Assembly (NCBI GenBank): GCA_001600695.1
Contig: BCKQ01000016.1
Location: 240,001 to 273,701, forward strand
Source: Ascoidea asiatica JCM 7603
Lineage: Eukaryota > Fungi > Ascomycota
Direction: 5' to 3'
DNA: 33,701 bases
In this document: positions 11,183 through 21,326 of the stretch, piece after piece
Numbering within the stretch: position 1 is the first letter of the stretch
Layout: the number at the start of each line of letters is the position of its first letter
Notes under the pieces: generated by a model
The model's database searches: none
Told to the model about the DNA's origin: nothing
Seen by the model: only the letters and a program-made list of their open reading frames with translations
Position numbers and translations under genes: made by a program

Positions 11183-12592
11183 ATGGATTTTGATCTGATT
11201 GATGAGTTAAGAAATAATCTGAGAACTTTTAAGATAGAAATTTCTAAAGGCCCAAAAGAATTGATTCATTATTCTAAAGATCATAATTCTAAGGTTTTTC
11301 CAAATTCTTTTTCTTCACTTAGATATTATGATTATTCCTCAAAAGTATTATCAATTTTAAAAAGTATTGATCTTTCATACAATTACCAAGATTTTGTACT
11401 AGTTGGTTCAAATAAAGAACAATCAAAGTTTTTTGAAGAATTAAAAATTATTCAAAATTTGGAGTTGGAAAAATATAAAAATAAAAATTATGATGATGAA
11501 ATATGTTTAAGTGATGAAATTAATAAACTTATAGATGGTGTTTCAAAGTTAAAAATCAGTGAAAAAGAACAAAAAATCAATTCGAAAAAAGCTTTTTTAG
11601 AAAAACCTGATATTTTTACAACAAGTGGAAGTTTAGTTTATTTAACTTCAGTATTTTATGCCAAATTTGATGTTGAATTCAAAGTTTGTTATTTTGATAA
11701 TACAATTTTTATTGGTAGGTCATATGACTATGAAAAAGAAAAAGAAGAGAAAAGATCAACTAAATATAACAAAAGAAAATGGAAAGAAATTAGTATTATA
11801 CCCTATAATTTTAGAACAATTATGTCAAAAGAAGTTCAGAGCTTAGAAAATGAAGTTCCAAATGAAAATGGAAGTAAAATTGAAGATCAAAGATATTATG
11901 AGAAGAGAATTAAAAGTTTACAAAAAGAAAAATTAAATAATATTTCTAGTTTTAATTCATTAGTTAATTTTAGTCTAGTAGTGGAAGAAGTGAATAAAGG
12001 TAAAAAACAAAAAAGAGAGATTTCATTTTTATTAAAGACTGAATTTCAATGTTTAGAATTAAGTTCAGAAATGGATGATATAAATGAAGTAGAAACTAAC
12101 TATGATTTAAGTAAGTTGATTCACCTCCGGTTTTCTTTTGTTCCCAAATATTTAATTCAAAGATTTGAGAATAATTGGAATAGGTTTTGTATTGATGATA
12201 AACAATTTAGAAAAAAATTAATTGATTCATATTTCAAATGTTGGTTTTCAGGGAATAAAAAAGTAGTTTTTGGGTTCCAAGATAATAATAACAAGCTAAT
12301 TGGAATTGAAGAAATGGTAATGGAGGAAATAGAATTAATAGTTGGGGAAGAAATTATATTATTAAAAAAACAAATTGTTCAGCTTATAGAATGGCTAATT
12401 AAAAATATATCAAAAGATGAAAATAAAGCTTATAAATTAAATTTCAAATCTTCCAAGATAAAATGGTTTTTATCTGAGATAAAAAATGAAGAAGAAAAGA
12501 AAAAAGTTAGAAACATGACCATCACTCAGGAGTTTGCAAAATATAGAAAAGACATGAGAGAAGATATAAAAAGAAGTAATGTTAATAAATAA
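11183..12592 (+). CDS. Divergent RAI1/DXO-family protein, probably catalytically inactive
   Basis: Collinear with Rai1 blocks: GPKELIHYSK (QPKEIGYYS), SSLRYY, IDLSYNYQDF, DIFTTSG, FDNTIFI, KTEFQC, FRKKLIDSYFKCWFSGNKKVVFGFQD (cf. [23 protein letters not shown]). Confidence 0.72.
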   Translation: MDFDLIDELRNNLRTFKIEISKGPKELIHYSKDHNSKVFPNSFSSLRYYDYSSKVLSILKSIDLSYNYQDFVLVGSNKEQSKFFEELKIIQNLELEKYKNKNYDDEICLSDEINKLIDGVSKLKISEKEQKINSKKAFLEKPDIFTTSGSLVYLTSVFYAKFDVEFKVCYFDNTIFIGRSYDYEKEKEEKRSTKYNKRKWKEISIIPYNFRTIMSKEVQSLENEVPNENGSKIEDQRYYEKRIKSLQKEKLNNISSFNSLVNFSLVVEEVNKGKKQKREISFLLKTEFQCLELSSEMDDINEVETNYDLSKLIHLRFSFVPKYLIQRFENNWNRFCIDDKQFRKKLIDSYFKCWFSGNKKVVFGFQDNNNKLIGIEEMVMEEIELIVGEEIILLKKQIVQLIEWLIKNISKDENKAYKLNFKSSKIKWFLSEIKNEEEKKKVRNMTITQEFAKYRKDMREDIKRSNVNK

Positions 12593-12765
12593 GACCGGAG
12601 TACATCAAAAAATAAAGTTTGTAATTCCAATTGAATCAGACGGAAATAGCTTGCTTTTTCATACATAAAATAGAACAAAAGGAGTATCTCCCATTTATAC
12701 AAGTATCTAAAGTAGTGGATCTCGGATAAAAAATTTTATGTAAAGAGAAAATGCATTTCTGCATA

Positions 12766-12773
12766 GTCACGTG
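12766..12773 (+). promoter_or_regulatory. Cbf1-type bHLH site GTCACGTG upstream of the DUF4246 gene
   Basis: Exact match to RTCACGTG about 400 bp upstream of the ATG at 13168. Confidence 0.4.
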
Positions 12774-13167
12774 CTTACTCCAATAGTACGGTAATTGTTT
12801 TTTTTGATCGAAGACCACAAACGGAACGTCGTAAAAAGAATTAACCTAAAAGAGAAGTGGCCTAAAAGGATCATCGTAAACAAATCAATTCCGACTAAGC
12901 CACCTTATTCAAAAATCTACACTTTAAGGTTTTGGGTCTGATTGATGGTTTTTTCAATAAAAAGTGGTGAAATTTGGTACCGTTTTTGGGGTCCCATTAC
13001 AACTGGAATTTATTCAACTTTTATTGAAAAGAAAAGTAACTTCAAAAAGCATAAATCCAGACGTTATTTCTAAATTTTTATAGAAGTTTTTTTATTGAAT
13101 AATATTCTTTTTAAATATCAAATTTATAAAACACTATATTCTTTTGAAATTTATTTGGCCATTAAAA

Positions 13168-15011
13168 ATGAGTACTTCTTCTTCAGAGTTCAAATTCTAT
13201 TCCACTTATGAAATTCCTTTCAAACCAAGAATTTTCTGGTTAATTCAAGAATTAACATATATGATTAGATTAAAACCCAATTGGATGGAAAAATATAAAG
13301 ATGGAAAAATTTCTGAGAAATGGTCAAATGAAATGTTTGATGAGCTTTTTAATAATGTTGAAACTTATAGAGTTCCAAAACAAAATATAAAACAAGTAAT
13401 TGATTATGTTCTTGAAGATTTAAAATTCTGGGGAATTTTTTATCTGAATATTCAAAAAAAACTTAATCAAAGTTTTGATGTTGGAATGAATGAACATTGT
13501 TTTTTTAAAGATGATTTAATTAATCAAACTTTGAAAAATTCATTAAAAGAAAATGTTGATTTATTAAGAGAGAGTTATGGAAATAATTTAGATTATCATC
13601 CAAATTCAGATAATCAAGTTGTTGATTTATTACATCCTTCTTTATATGTTTTAAGATATGGATTTTCACCTGTTTTTCAAACTAATGAAAATAATGAAAA
13701 AAAAAGTTTAAAAATTATAGAATTTAACCATTTATATCCACAAGTTGATAATCATTTTTTCAGAGAATGTGATTTATCAAATAAATTTCAATGGTTACCA
13801 ACTGTTTTTGAATTAGATGAAGTATCAAATAATTATAAATTTTCTTCTTATATTAATAATTTGCATCCAATTAAATTCAAAAAATTATATAAAATTTTTG
13901 AAGAAATTTTAAATATTTCAATAAATGGTATTAATTTATTATATTCTTTTTCAACTTTCAAACCACTTGGACCATTTCAACTTAAAGATGAAGGATATAG
14001 ATATTATAATAAAGAAACAGATGATGATGGTATACATTTACCTCCTGCGTATGCTCATATAATTTATAATGAAGAATTTAATGAAAAGATAGAAAATTTA
14101 GAAAATGAAGAAATTGATGCTGAAAATGATGGGAATGCTAAACTTGCTGAAGAGATTTTGGAAAAACGTGAAAAATTCACTAAATTAGGTTATAAATATT
14201 TCAATGGTTTTGATTTTGATTCAATTAAATATCCAAAATGTAAATTAGATCAAATTAAAAAATCAGATTCTTTTGATTTTTTACCAAATATTAATGATTT
14301 TAAGAAAAAATATCCAAAATTGAATATTATTGTTAAATTAGCAAATATTGAATTAGATCCAAAAAAAAATCAATTTGAATATAAAGGTGGTTCATGGCAT
14401 GTTGAAGGATGTGCAAATGAACAAATTATTGGAACAATTTTTTTTTATATTATTATGATTGTGAAAATATTAGTGAATCTAAATTAAATTTTAGATGTGG
14501 AACAACAGAATTAGAAGATGAAATTGAGTATGGACAAGATGAAAATGAACCTGTATTTGATTTATATAATTTAATGAGATATGAATTAAGTCTTGTTAAT
14601 CAAGGTTCATTTAATTGTATTGAAGATAGAATTGTTTTTTTCCCAAATTTTTTACAACATCAAGTTCAACCTTTTAAATTAAAAGATATTAATAAAAAAG
14701 GTCATAGAAATATATTATGTTTTTTTTTAGTTAATGATAATGATAAAAAATTTCCAATATTAACAACAAATGATGTTCCTCCTCAACAAAAAGAATGGTG
14801 GGAAGATAATTCAAAAGAATTTAAAGAAAATTATTTTAATGATGAATTAAAAAAAGAAATTATTAAAACCATTGATGGAAAGTTCAATTGGCCAATTGAT
14901 TTAAAAGAAGCTAAAGAAATTAGAGAAGAATTAATAACTGAAAGATCAAAGATTTTAAAAGATGCAAATCTTCTACCATTTGCAAGAGAATTTTCTCTTT
15001 GTGAACATTAA
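13168..15011 (+). pseudogene. DUF4246-family (2OG-Fe(II) oxygenase-like) gene, frameshifted at the T9 run 14438-14446 (pseudogene or sequencing error)
   Basis: LDYHPNSDNQVVDLLHPSLY, KFQWLP, SYINNLHP and IIVKLANIEL...YKGGSWHVEG..NEQI lie in ORF 13144..14487. The family continuation YYYDCENISESKLNFR...FPNFLQHQVQPFKL...GHRNILCFFLV...VPPQQKEWW...REFSLCEH* is in the frame of ORF 14574..15011. Confidence 0.85.
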
Positions 15012-15045
15012 TTTTTACAATAACTAAGAATATAGATATGTATAT

Positions 15046-15999
15046 TTATTTTTTATTTATTAAACTTTTTTGAATTTTTTGAAAATCATTTTCATTAATA
15101 TCATCATAAGCAAGTTTTTTATTTATAATTTTTTTCTTTTTTTTTAATTTACTTGATTTTTTTGTAATTTTATTTGATTTTTTAGTATATTTATTTTCTA
15201 AATTATCAATTAAATTATCAAATCTTGATTTTTGTCTATTTTGAATAATTAATTTTAAATTATTTTCATCATTATTAATATTATTTGAAATTTGTTTTCT
15301 TTTTATATTTCTTTTTTTATTTACATTTTTATTTAATATTTCTTGAAATAATTGATTAGCTTCTTTAGCTTCATTATTTAAATTTTTTAAAGTTTTTTTA
15401 ATAATTTTATCTCTATTTTTTATATAATTATTAAAATTTTTATTAATTAAATTTAAATTATTTATATTAATATTATTAATTTTTTTAATAGATTGAAAAT
15501 GATTATAAATTATATTAAATATTCTTTTTTCTTGAATTTTATTAAATTCTAAATGTGGTATATTTTCAAATAAATTTATAAAATTACCATTTAAATAAAT
15601 AAATTCATTAATAATATCATTTAATTCTTCTTTTGAACCTTGATATAATTTTTTATCATTTTCAATAGAATTTAAAGTAATTTTATCTTCATTTAAAATG
15701 TCAAAAAATTCTTTCCAATTAAATTCATCATTATTATCATTATTAAATTCAAAATTTTTTTTATTATCATAATGTAATTTTCTTTTAATATCAGATAAAA
15801 CAAAATAAGAAAATGAGATTTTTTCAAAAATTAATTTATATTCAGATTTTAATTCATTTGATAAATTTATTGTTTTATCAGGATGATATTTAAGACATGA
15901 TTTTTTATATGCTTTTTTAATTTCAATTGGAGATGAAGTTGATGAAATATCTAAACATTCATAAGGATTTAAATCTGGAAAGGGACAAATTGTTGTCAT
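15046..15999 (-). CDS. DNAJC9-like J-domain protein (putative histone H3-H4 co-chaperone)
   Basis: N-terminal J domain with HPD (EIKKAYKKSCLKYHPDK), the DNAJC9-type segment ITLNSIENDKKLYQGSKEELNDII, and C-terminal LKLIIQNRQ...FDNLIDNLENKY and DINENDFQKIQ. Confidence 0.85.
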   Translation of the reverse strand: MTTICPFPDLNPYECLDISSTSSPIEIKKAYKKSCLKYHPDKTINLSNELKSEYKLIFEKISFSYFVLSDIKRKLHYDNKKNFEFNNDNNDEFNWKEFFDILNEDKITLNSIENDKKLYQGSKEELNDIINEFIYLNGNFINLFENIPHLEFNKIQEKRIFNIIYNHFQSIKKINNININNLNLINKNFNNYIKNRDKIIKKTLKNLNNEAKEANQLFQEILNKNVNKKRNIKRKQISNNINNDENNLKLIIQNRQKSRFDNLIDNLENKYTKKSNKITKKSSKLKKKKKIINKKLAYDDINENDFQKIQKSLINKK

Positions 16000-16190
16000 A
16001 TTGAAAAAGGTAATATATATATATATATTCTTGTATGTTAATTTATTGAATATCAGTTTAATATAATTCAGTGAATATAATGAATATAATGAACATAATG
16101 AATTTAAAGCTTTTTATATTCTTTATCAATCAATCAATTTATAAAACCAAAATAGTGAATATTACAAATATTGCAAATATTACAAATATT

Positions 16191-16215
16191 ACGCGTTTCA
16201 GAAATATTTTCGCGT
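16191..16215. promoter_or_regulatory. MCB (ACGCGT 16191-16196) and SCB (CGCGAAA on the minus strand, 16208-16214) G1/S elements upstream of the DNAJC9-like gene
   Basis: Exact consensus matches about 200 bp upstream of the ATG at 15999, in a CpG-poor background. Confidence 0.55.
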
Positions 16216-16339
16216 CAGTAAATTTTTTTAACTTCCAAAAATCATGTGAATTTCACATCCGAGGTATAAAAATGTAGTCGGATACCCGGAATATGTCCTA
16301 GATTTCATTTTTTGAAATTTCGGCGTCTCTTTTTTTATA

Positions 16340-16800
16340 AATTTGTGTCCAGTTGTCCTGTAGTAATTGGCCGATAGCCTATGCACTCAGCTGTATTTGG
16401 AGTTACAAGCATGCATGTTGCACATGACCCGGAAGCACGGCTTTGTGTTGCTGAGGTGGTCGACCCACAGTGCTGGCTCTGCGGTGTTTGTGTCACGAAA
16501 CTGCGACCGAAAGAAGTGGAAAGTGGCAAAAGCGAGCAAAAACAGGCAAAAAACAGGCAAAAAACAGGCAAAAAACAAAAGAAGCTTTAAAAAAGGTTTG
16601 AAAGGAGAAGAAAAAAGTGGAACAAGTGGTTTTAGCAGCTTTACAAAATGGAGATGGAACGAGTGTGGAACAACTTCAACAGCCCAAATCATGATCAACC
16701 TCAGGCTGAGCTTTGCAGCGATAGCTTTGAAAGCTGCAATGGTTTCAGTAACTTAACTTGATGATAGCTTTAATCGAATCTCGGTGGATTTCTATTATTG
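16340..16800. promoter_or_regulatory. GC-rich island in the DNAJC9/PDC divergent promoter
   Basis: Markedly higher GC than the flanks. Contains CCACAGTGCTGG (16465-16476), PACE-like AGTGGCAAA (16522-16530) and about three copies of CAAAAAACAGG (16536-16577). Confidence 0.55.
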
Positions 16801-17542
16801 GAACATCTGAGAAACATCACCAGCATCCTCTTTTTTATTTTTTTATTTATTCTACTTTCTAAAAGAAAAAGAGTAACTTTGCAACTTTTCAAAAGAACTT
16901 TACAAGGAACAAACATTGGGCTAAATAATATGACATTATGGATATTGATTATGTGTTTTGAATGTTATGAACTCTTTAAGATTAGAACAAAGACCTTTTT
17001 ATTTATGAAAAATAACTCAAAAAGATTCTTTTTGGTTTCCACCAATGACTAAAGTCAACTGATATTCTTTTTAACCCACTTATTAAGTCTGATTTTAGTA
17101 CTATTCTTCTTACAAATAATCAATAATAATCTAATGGGTTGGTTGGTTTGAATTTTAAACTAGAATTTATTCGAAATTAATTAATACTATTCTATTCTCT
17201 AAGTACTTTATCATCTATCTCATCGCAAAATTTATGAGTTTTAATAAAAAAAATTAAAACTTTATTATTATTTGAAATGCAATTTATAAAATCTTTATTC
17301 AATTATATTCTATTATATTCAATAATTAAATTTGACATCACCGAATACATCAATTGAAATTTATGGAAAAATGGAAATATAAATATAACTTCAATTCTTT
17401 ATTAAATTTATATGTATAATTCTTTTATTTATTTATCATTATCAAAATATTAAAAATTCAAAATATATTTTAAAAGTTTATTAATCAATTAAACTATACT
17501 ATACTCTATTTACATTTCAACTATTCTATAATTTATATAAAA

Positions 17543-19249
17543 ATGTCAACTACAACTTTAGGTCATTATTTATTTGAAAGATTACATCAATTAAAAGTTG
17601 ATACAATCTTTGGTCTTCCAGGTGATTTTAATTTAGAATTATTAGATAAAATTGAAGAAATTAATGGTTTAAGATGGGCTGGTAATGCTAATGAATTAAA
17701 TGCTGCTTATGCTGCTGATGGTTATTCAAGAATTAAAAGATTAGCTTGTATTATTACAACTTTTGGTGTTGGTGAATTATCTGCTTTAAATGGTATTGCA
17801 GGTTCATATGCTGAACATGTTGGTTTAATTCATGTTGTTGGTGTACCTTCAATTCAATCTCAAGATCATAAATTATTATTACATCATACTTTAGGTAATG
17901 GTGATTTTCATGTTTTTGATAAAATGTCTTCAAAAATTTCAAAATCTGTTTATCATTTAGATGATATTACTAATGCTCCAAAATTAATTGATGATGCAAT
18001 TGCTGATGCTTTTATTAATCAAAGACCTGTTTATGTTGCTTTTCCAACAAATTTAGTTTCTCAATTAGTTGATTTAAATTTATTAAATAAAAAAATTAAT
18101 TTAACTTTACCTCCAAATGATGAAGAAGTTGAAGAAGAATTTATTCATAATTTTCTTCATATGGTTGGTAAATCTAAAAATCCAGTTATTTTAGTTGATG
18201 CTTGTTGTTTAAGACATGATTGTAAAAAAGAAACAAATAAATTAATGGATATTACAAATTTTCCAACTTTTGTAACTCCAATGGGTAAATCTGCTGTTGA
18301 TGAACAGCATCCAAGATTTGGTGGTGTTTATACTGGTACTTTATCATATCCAGAAGTTGAAAAATTTGTTGAAAAATCTGATTTAGTTATTTCAATTGGT
18401 GGTTTACTTTCTGATTTTAATACTGGTTCATTTTCATATTCTTATAAAACAAAAAATAATGTTGAATTTCATTCTGATTATTGTATGATAAAACATGCAA
18501 CTTATAAAAATTTACAAATGAAATTTGTTTTACAAAAATTAATTTCTGATGAATTAAGAATTCAAAAAGCAATTCAATTATCTGGTTATGATTATAATGA
18601 AGATCCATTACCAATTGTTAAATATATTAAAAATTCAGAATCTGATGTACCTTTAACTCAATCTTATTTTTGGAGTAATTTATCAAATTTCTTAAAAGAA
18701 GATGATATTGTTATAAGTGAAACTGGTACTTCTGCTTTTGGTGTTGTTCAAACTAAATATCCTCAAAATACTATTGGTATTACTCAAACTTTATGGGGTT
18801 CAATTGGTTATACAGTTGGTGCATGTCTTGGTGCTGCAATGGCAAGTTCTGAAATTAATCCAAAACATAGAGTTATATTATTAGTTGGTGATGGTTCTTT
18901 ACAATTAACTGTACAAGAATTATCAACAATGATTAAATGGGGTTTAACACCATATTTATTTGTTTTAAATAATGATGGTTATACTATTGAAAGATTAATT
19001 CATGGTGAAACTGCATCTTATAATGATATTCAAAGTTGGAAACATTTAGAATTATTAGAAACTTTTGGTGCAAGAAATTCAGAATCTATTAGAGTTTCAA
19101 CAACTGGTGAATTAGATACATTATTTTATAATGAAGATTTTGCAAATAATGATAAAATTAGATTGGTTGAAATTATGTTAGAAAGAATGGATGCTCCACA
19201 AAATTTAGTTAAACAAGCAGAATTAACTGCTGCAACTAATGCTCAATAG
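17543..19249 (+). CDS. PDC1: Pyruvate decarboxylase (ThDP-dependent), PDC1-like
   Basis: TLGHYLFERL..TIFGLPGDFNL, WAGNANELNAAYAADGYSR, LLHHTLGNGDF, ThDP motif GDGSLQLTVQEL...LNNDGYTIER, C-terminus AELTAATNAQ. Confidence 0.95.
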   Translation: MSTTTLGHYLFERLHQLKVDTIFGLPGDFNLELLDKIEEINGLRWAGNANELNAAYAADGYSRIKRLACIITTFGVGELSALNGIAGSYAEHVGLIHVVGVPSIQSQDHKLLLHHTLGNGDFHVFDKMSSKISKSVYHLDDITNAPKLIDDAIADAFINQRPVYVAFPTNLVSQLVDLNLLNKKINLTLPPNDEEVEEEFIHNFLHMVGKSKNPVILVDACCLRHDCKKETNKLMDITNFPTFVTPMGKSAVDEQHPRFGGVYTGTLSYPEVEKFVEKSDLVISIGGLLSDFNTGSFSYSYKTKNNVEFHSDYCMIKHATYKNLQMKFVLQKLISDELRIQKAIQLSGYDYNEDPLPIVKYIKNSESDVPLTQSYFWSNLSNFLKEDDIVISETGTSAFGVVQTKYPQNTIGITQTLWGSIGYTVGACLGAAMASSEINPKHRVILLVGDGSLQLTVQELSTMIKWGLTPYLFVLNNDGYTIERLIHGETASYNDIQSWKHLELLETFGARNSESIRVSTTGELDTLFYNEDFANNDKIRLVEIMLERMDAPQNLVKQAELTAATNAQ

Positions 19250-20186
19250 ATTAATTAATCTTTAATTATTTTTATTTATAATTTATTTATATCTACAAAT
19301 TTAGGATTTCTTTATTTATTTATCTAATTTTTTATTAATTTTTTTTTCTTCAATTCAAACTTTCATATTTATATAGATTTTTTAAAAAAATAATTTTTCA
19401 AAAGCATATTTATAACAATACCTAAAAAGAAAGAAGAAAAAGAGTAGTGAAGTATTTCAATCAATATTTATATTGATATACTAATAATAAAAAAGAAAAT
19501 ATAAAAAAAAAAGTAGAAACTTTTTCAAAACTGAAAGGTACAATTCGAGATAAGAATATTTTTGATAGAGATTGCATATGCATTATAAAATAAATATAGA
19601 GATAAAGAGATAAAGAGATAAAGAGAGAGATATAAAATAAAGATAAAGATATGAGGATCTTTGAATAGAGTGAGTATACATAATAGTAAATAATAAATAA
19701 AATAATATTGAAATAGATTAAATGAATTAAGTATTAAATAATTAATATATCAAGTATTTGATAAAAAAATTAAAAATCTGATTGTATTTAAAAAATAAAT
19801 AGATGAATTTGATAAATATAATTTATTAAGGAATTTATTAAAAGGATAATAAGGAATTTAAATTGAAATTGATGTAATTGATGAATAAGTAATTTAAAAT
19901 TTAACAATAACTATTAATAATTTGAATAATGATTTTGATTATAAGGAATATAGGGAATATAGAGAGTAAAAGGATTTGATTATTTAATTTTTTAATTAAG
20001 TAGTTATTTAATTATTCAAATAATAAGTTATTTATATATTTGAATATATATGTATTTTGATATTTAGAATAATAAAAATGAGTAGGACGAATTTGAAAAA
20101 TTATAAAATGAAGATAAAATGAAGATAAAATGAAGATAAAATATAGTATTTTTATTGAGATAAATTTATTGGAATGAATTGAATGA

Positions 20187-20666
20187 TTAATGAAAAAAAA
20201 CAGCTTTTGGATCAAGAGGAGTACCATCAGAAGAAATTTGATTTTTATTCATTAAATCTTTAGTATATAATAATCTTGCTTGATCAAAAGATAAATTTTT
20301 ATTATCATTCATAATTTTTAAAATTGATTTTTTTTGATTATCATCAAGTCCTAATCTATTATCATTTTTTAAAATATTATTATTTAAAATATTAAAATTA
20401 TTTGAATTTAAACCTTGTTCAATATCATTTTGAAAAGAAGATGTTGAATTTAAATCAGAATTATCAATATTATTAGATGATGGAATTGATAAATTATTAT
20501 TATTATTATTATTTAAAGAAGTATAATTATGAATTCTTGAATTTTGAAAAAATTGTTGTACTTTTGGTATCCATCTTTTTCTTAAATGAAATAAAATTAA
20601 AGCACAAATTAAAGTGAATATAAAAAAATGAGTTGAATAATAAGCTAAAATATCAGAATATGCCAT
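20187..20666 (-). CDS. DUF2015/UPF0357 family single-pass membrane protein (YCL012C-like)
   Basis: N-terminal hydrophobic helix; SFQNDIEQGLNSNNFNI...DNRLGLD...ILKIM...SFDQARL...DGTPLDPKAVFF. Confidence 0.88.
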   Translation of the reverse strand: MAYSDILAYYSTHFFIFTLICALILFHLRKRWIPKVQQFFQNSRIHNYTSLNNNNNNNLSIPSSNNIDNSDLNSTSSFQNDIEQGLNSNNFNILNNNILKNDNRLGLDDNQKKSILKIMNDNKNLSFDQARLLYTKDLMNKNQISSDGTPLDPKAVFFH

Positions 20667-20897
20667 TTTTATATATTATTGATTGATTATTGATTGAGAG
20701 TTTTAGTAAAATAAGGATAATTTGATAAATCCTTTGAGTTTATTATTAATTAGAATTAGAATTTTATTGCAAGAGATTGAATTCTTGATTACAAGAATCT
20801 TAATAAAGGAAGAGATTCAATACTTGAAAAGACAAGAATGAAAGAGATTAAATACGATTGATACAATTGTTTATTTAAGAGATATTTTATGGATTTT

Positions 20898-20948
20898 AAT
20901 AGATATTCAATAGATATTCAATAGATATTTAATAGATATTCAATAGAT
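20898..20948 (+). repeat. 11-bp tandem repeat (AATAGATATTC) x ~4.6
   Basis: Direct inspection. Confidence 0.85.
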
Positions 20949-21240
20949 GATCCTCAAATAAACCAAATAACAAATAAATAAATAAATAAATAATAAATAT
21001 TCATTTCAATGGCAACTAAAACAAATGGCTTAGAACCAGCGGCTCGGAACAGAAAAAATTATCGGACACGGAACCAAAAAGAAAACCAGGCTGAGATAGG
21101 GACGGGAAAGGTAGAAATACAGGACACACACATTTAAGGACAGAATATCTAGGACATATGCACTCCAATGCAGAAAAGCAACAATTAAAATCCACAGTTT
21201 TGGTTTCATGTCTGCACGTGTCATTTAATCTTAACTTTTG

Positions 21241-21248
21241 AAAAAAAA
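21241..21248 (-). terminator. Pol III oligo-T terminator of tRNA-Gly
   Basis: T8 on the minus strand, 7 nt after the tRNA 3' end. Confidence 0.75.
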
Positions 21249-21255
21249 GAAACGA

Positions 21256-21326
21256 TGCGTAAGCCCGGAATTGAACCGGGGGCCCAACGATGGCAACGTT
21301 GAATTTTACCACTAAACCACTTACGC
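21256..21326 (-). tRNA. tRNA-Gly (anticodon GCC), intronless
   Basis: Minus strand reads GCGTAAGTGGTTTAGTGGTAAAATTCAACGTTGCCATCGTTGGGCCCCCGGTTCAATTCCGGGCTTACGCA. The acceptor stem GCGTAAG/CTTACGC pairs; near-identical to yeast tRNA-Gly(GCC). Confidence 0.98.

Noticed and set aside
12766-12900. Point centromere (CDEI GTCACGTG ... CCG at ~12891)
   Set aside because: The intervening sequence is not a >90% AT CDEII, and there is no proper CDEIII consensus.
14431-14470. An intron explaining the DUF4246 frame break
   Set aside because: No GT donor, branchpoint or AG acceptor, and family homology is continuous across the T-run.
14574-15011. Separate 145-aa gene
   Set aside because: It is the C-terminal part of the frameshifted DUF4246 gene.
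16536-16577. CRISPR-like or telomere-like repeat arrays (here and at 20898, 25900)
   Set aside because: Simple head-to-tail microsatellites without spacers, in a eukaryotic context; units differ from locus to locus.
16335-16756. Four overlapping short ORFs on both strands
   Set aside because: They arise from the locally high GC and 11-bp repeats of a promoter island; no recognisable domains or host-like codon usage.
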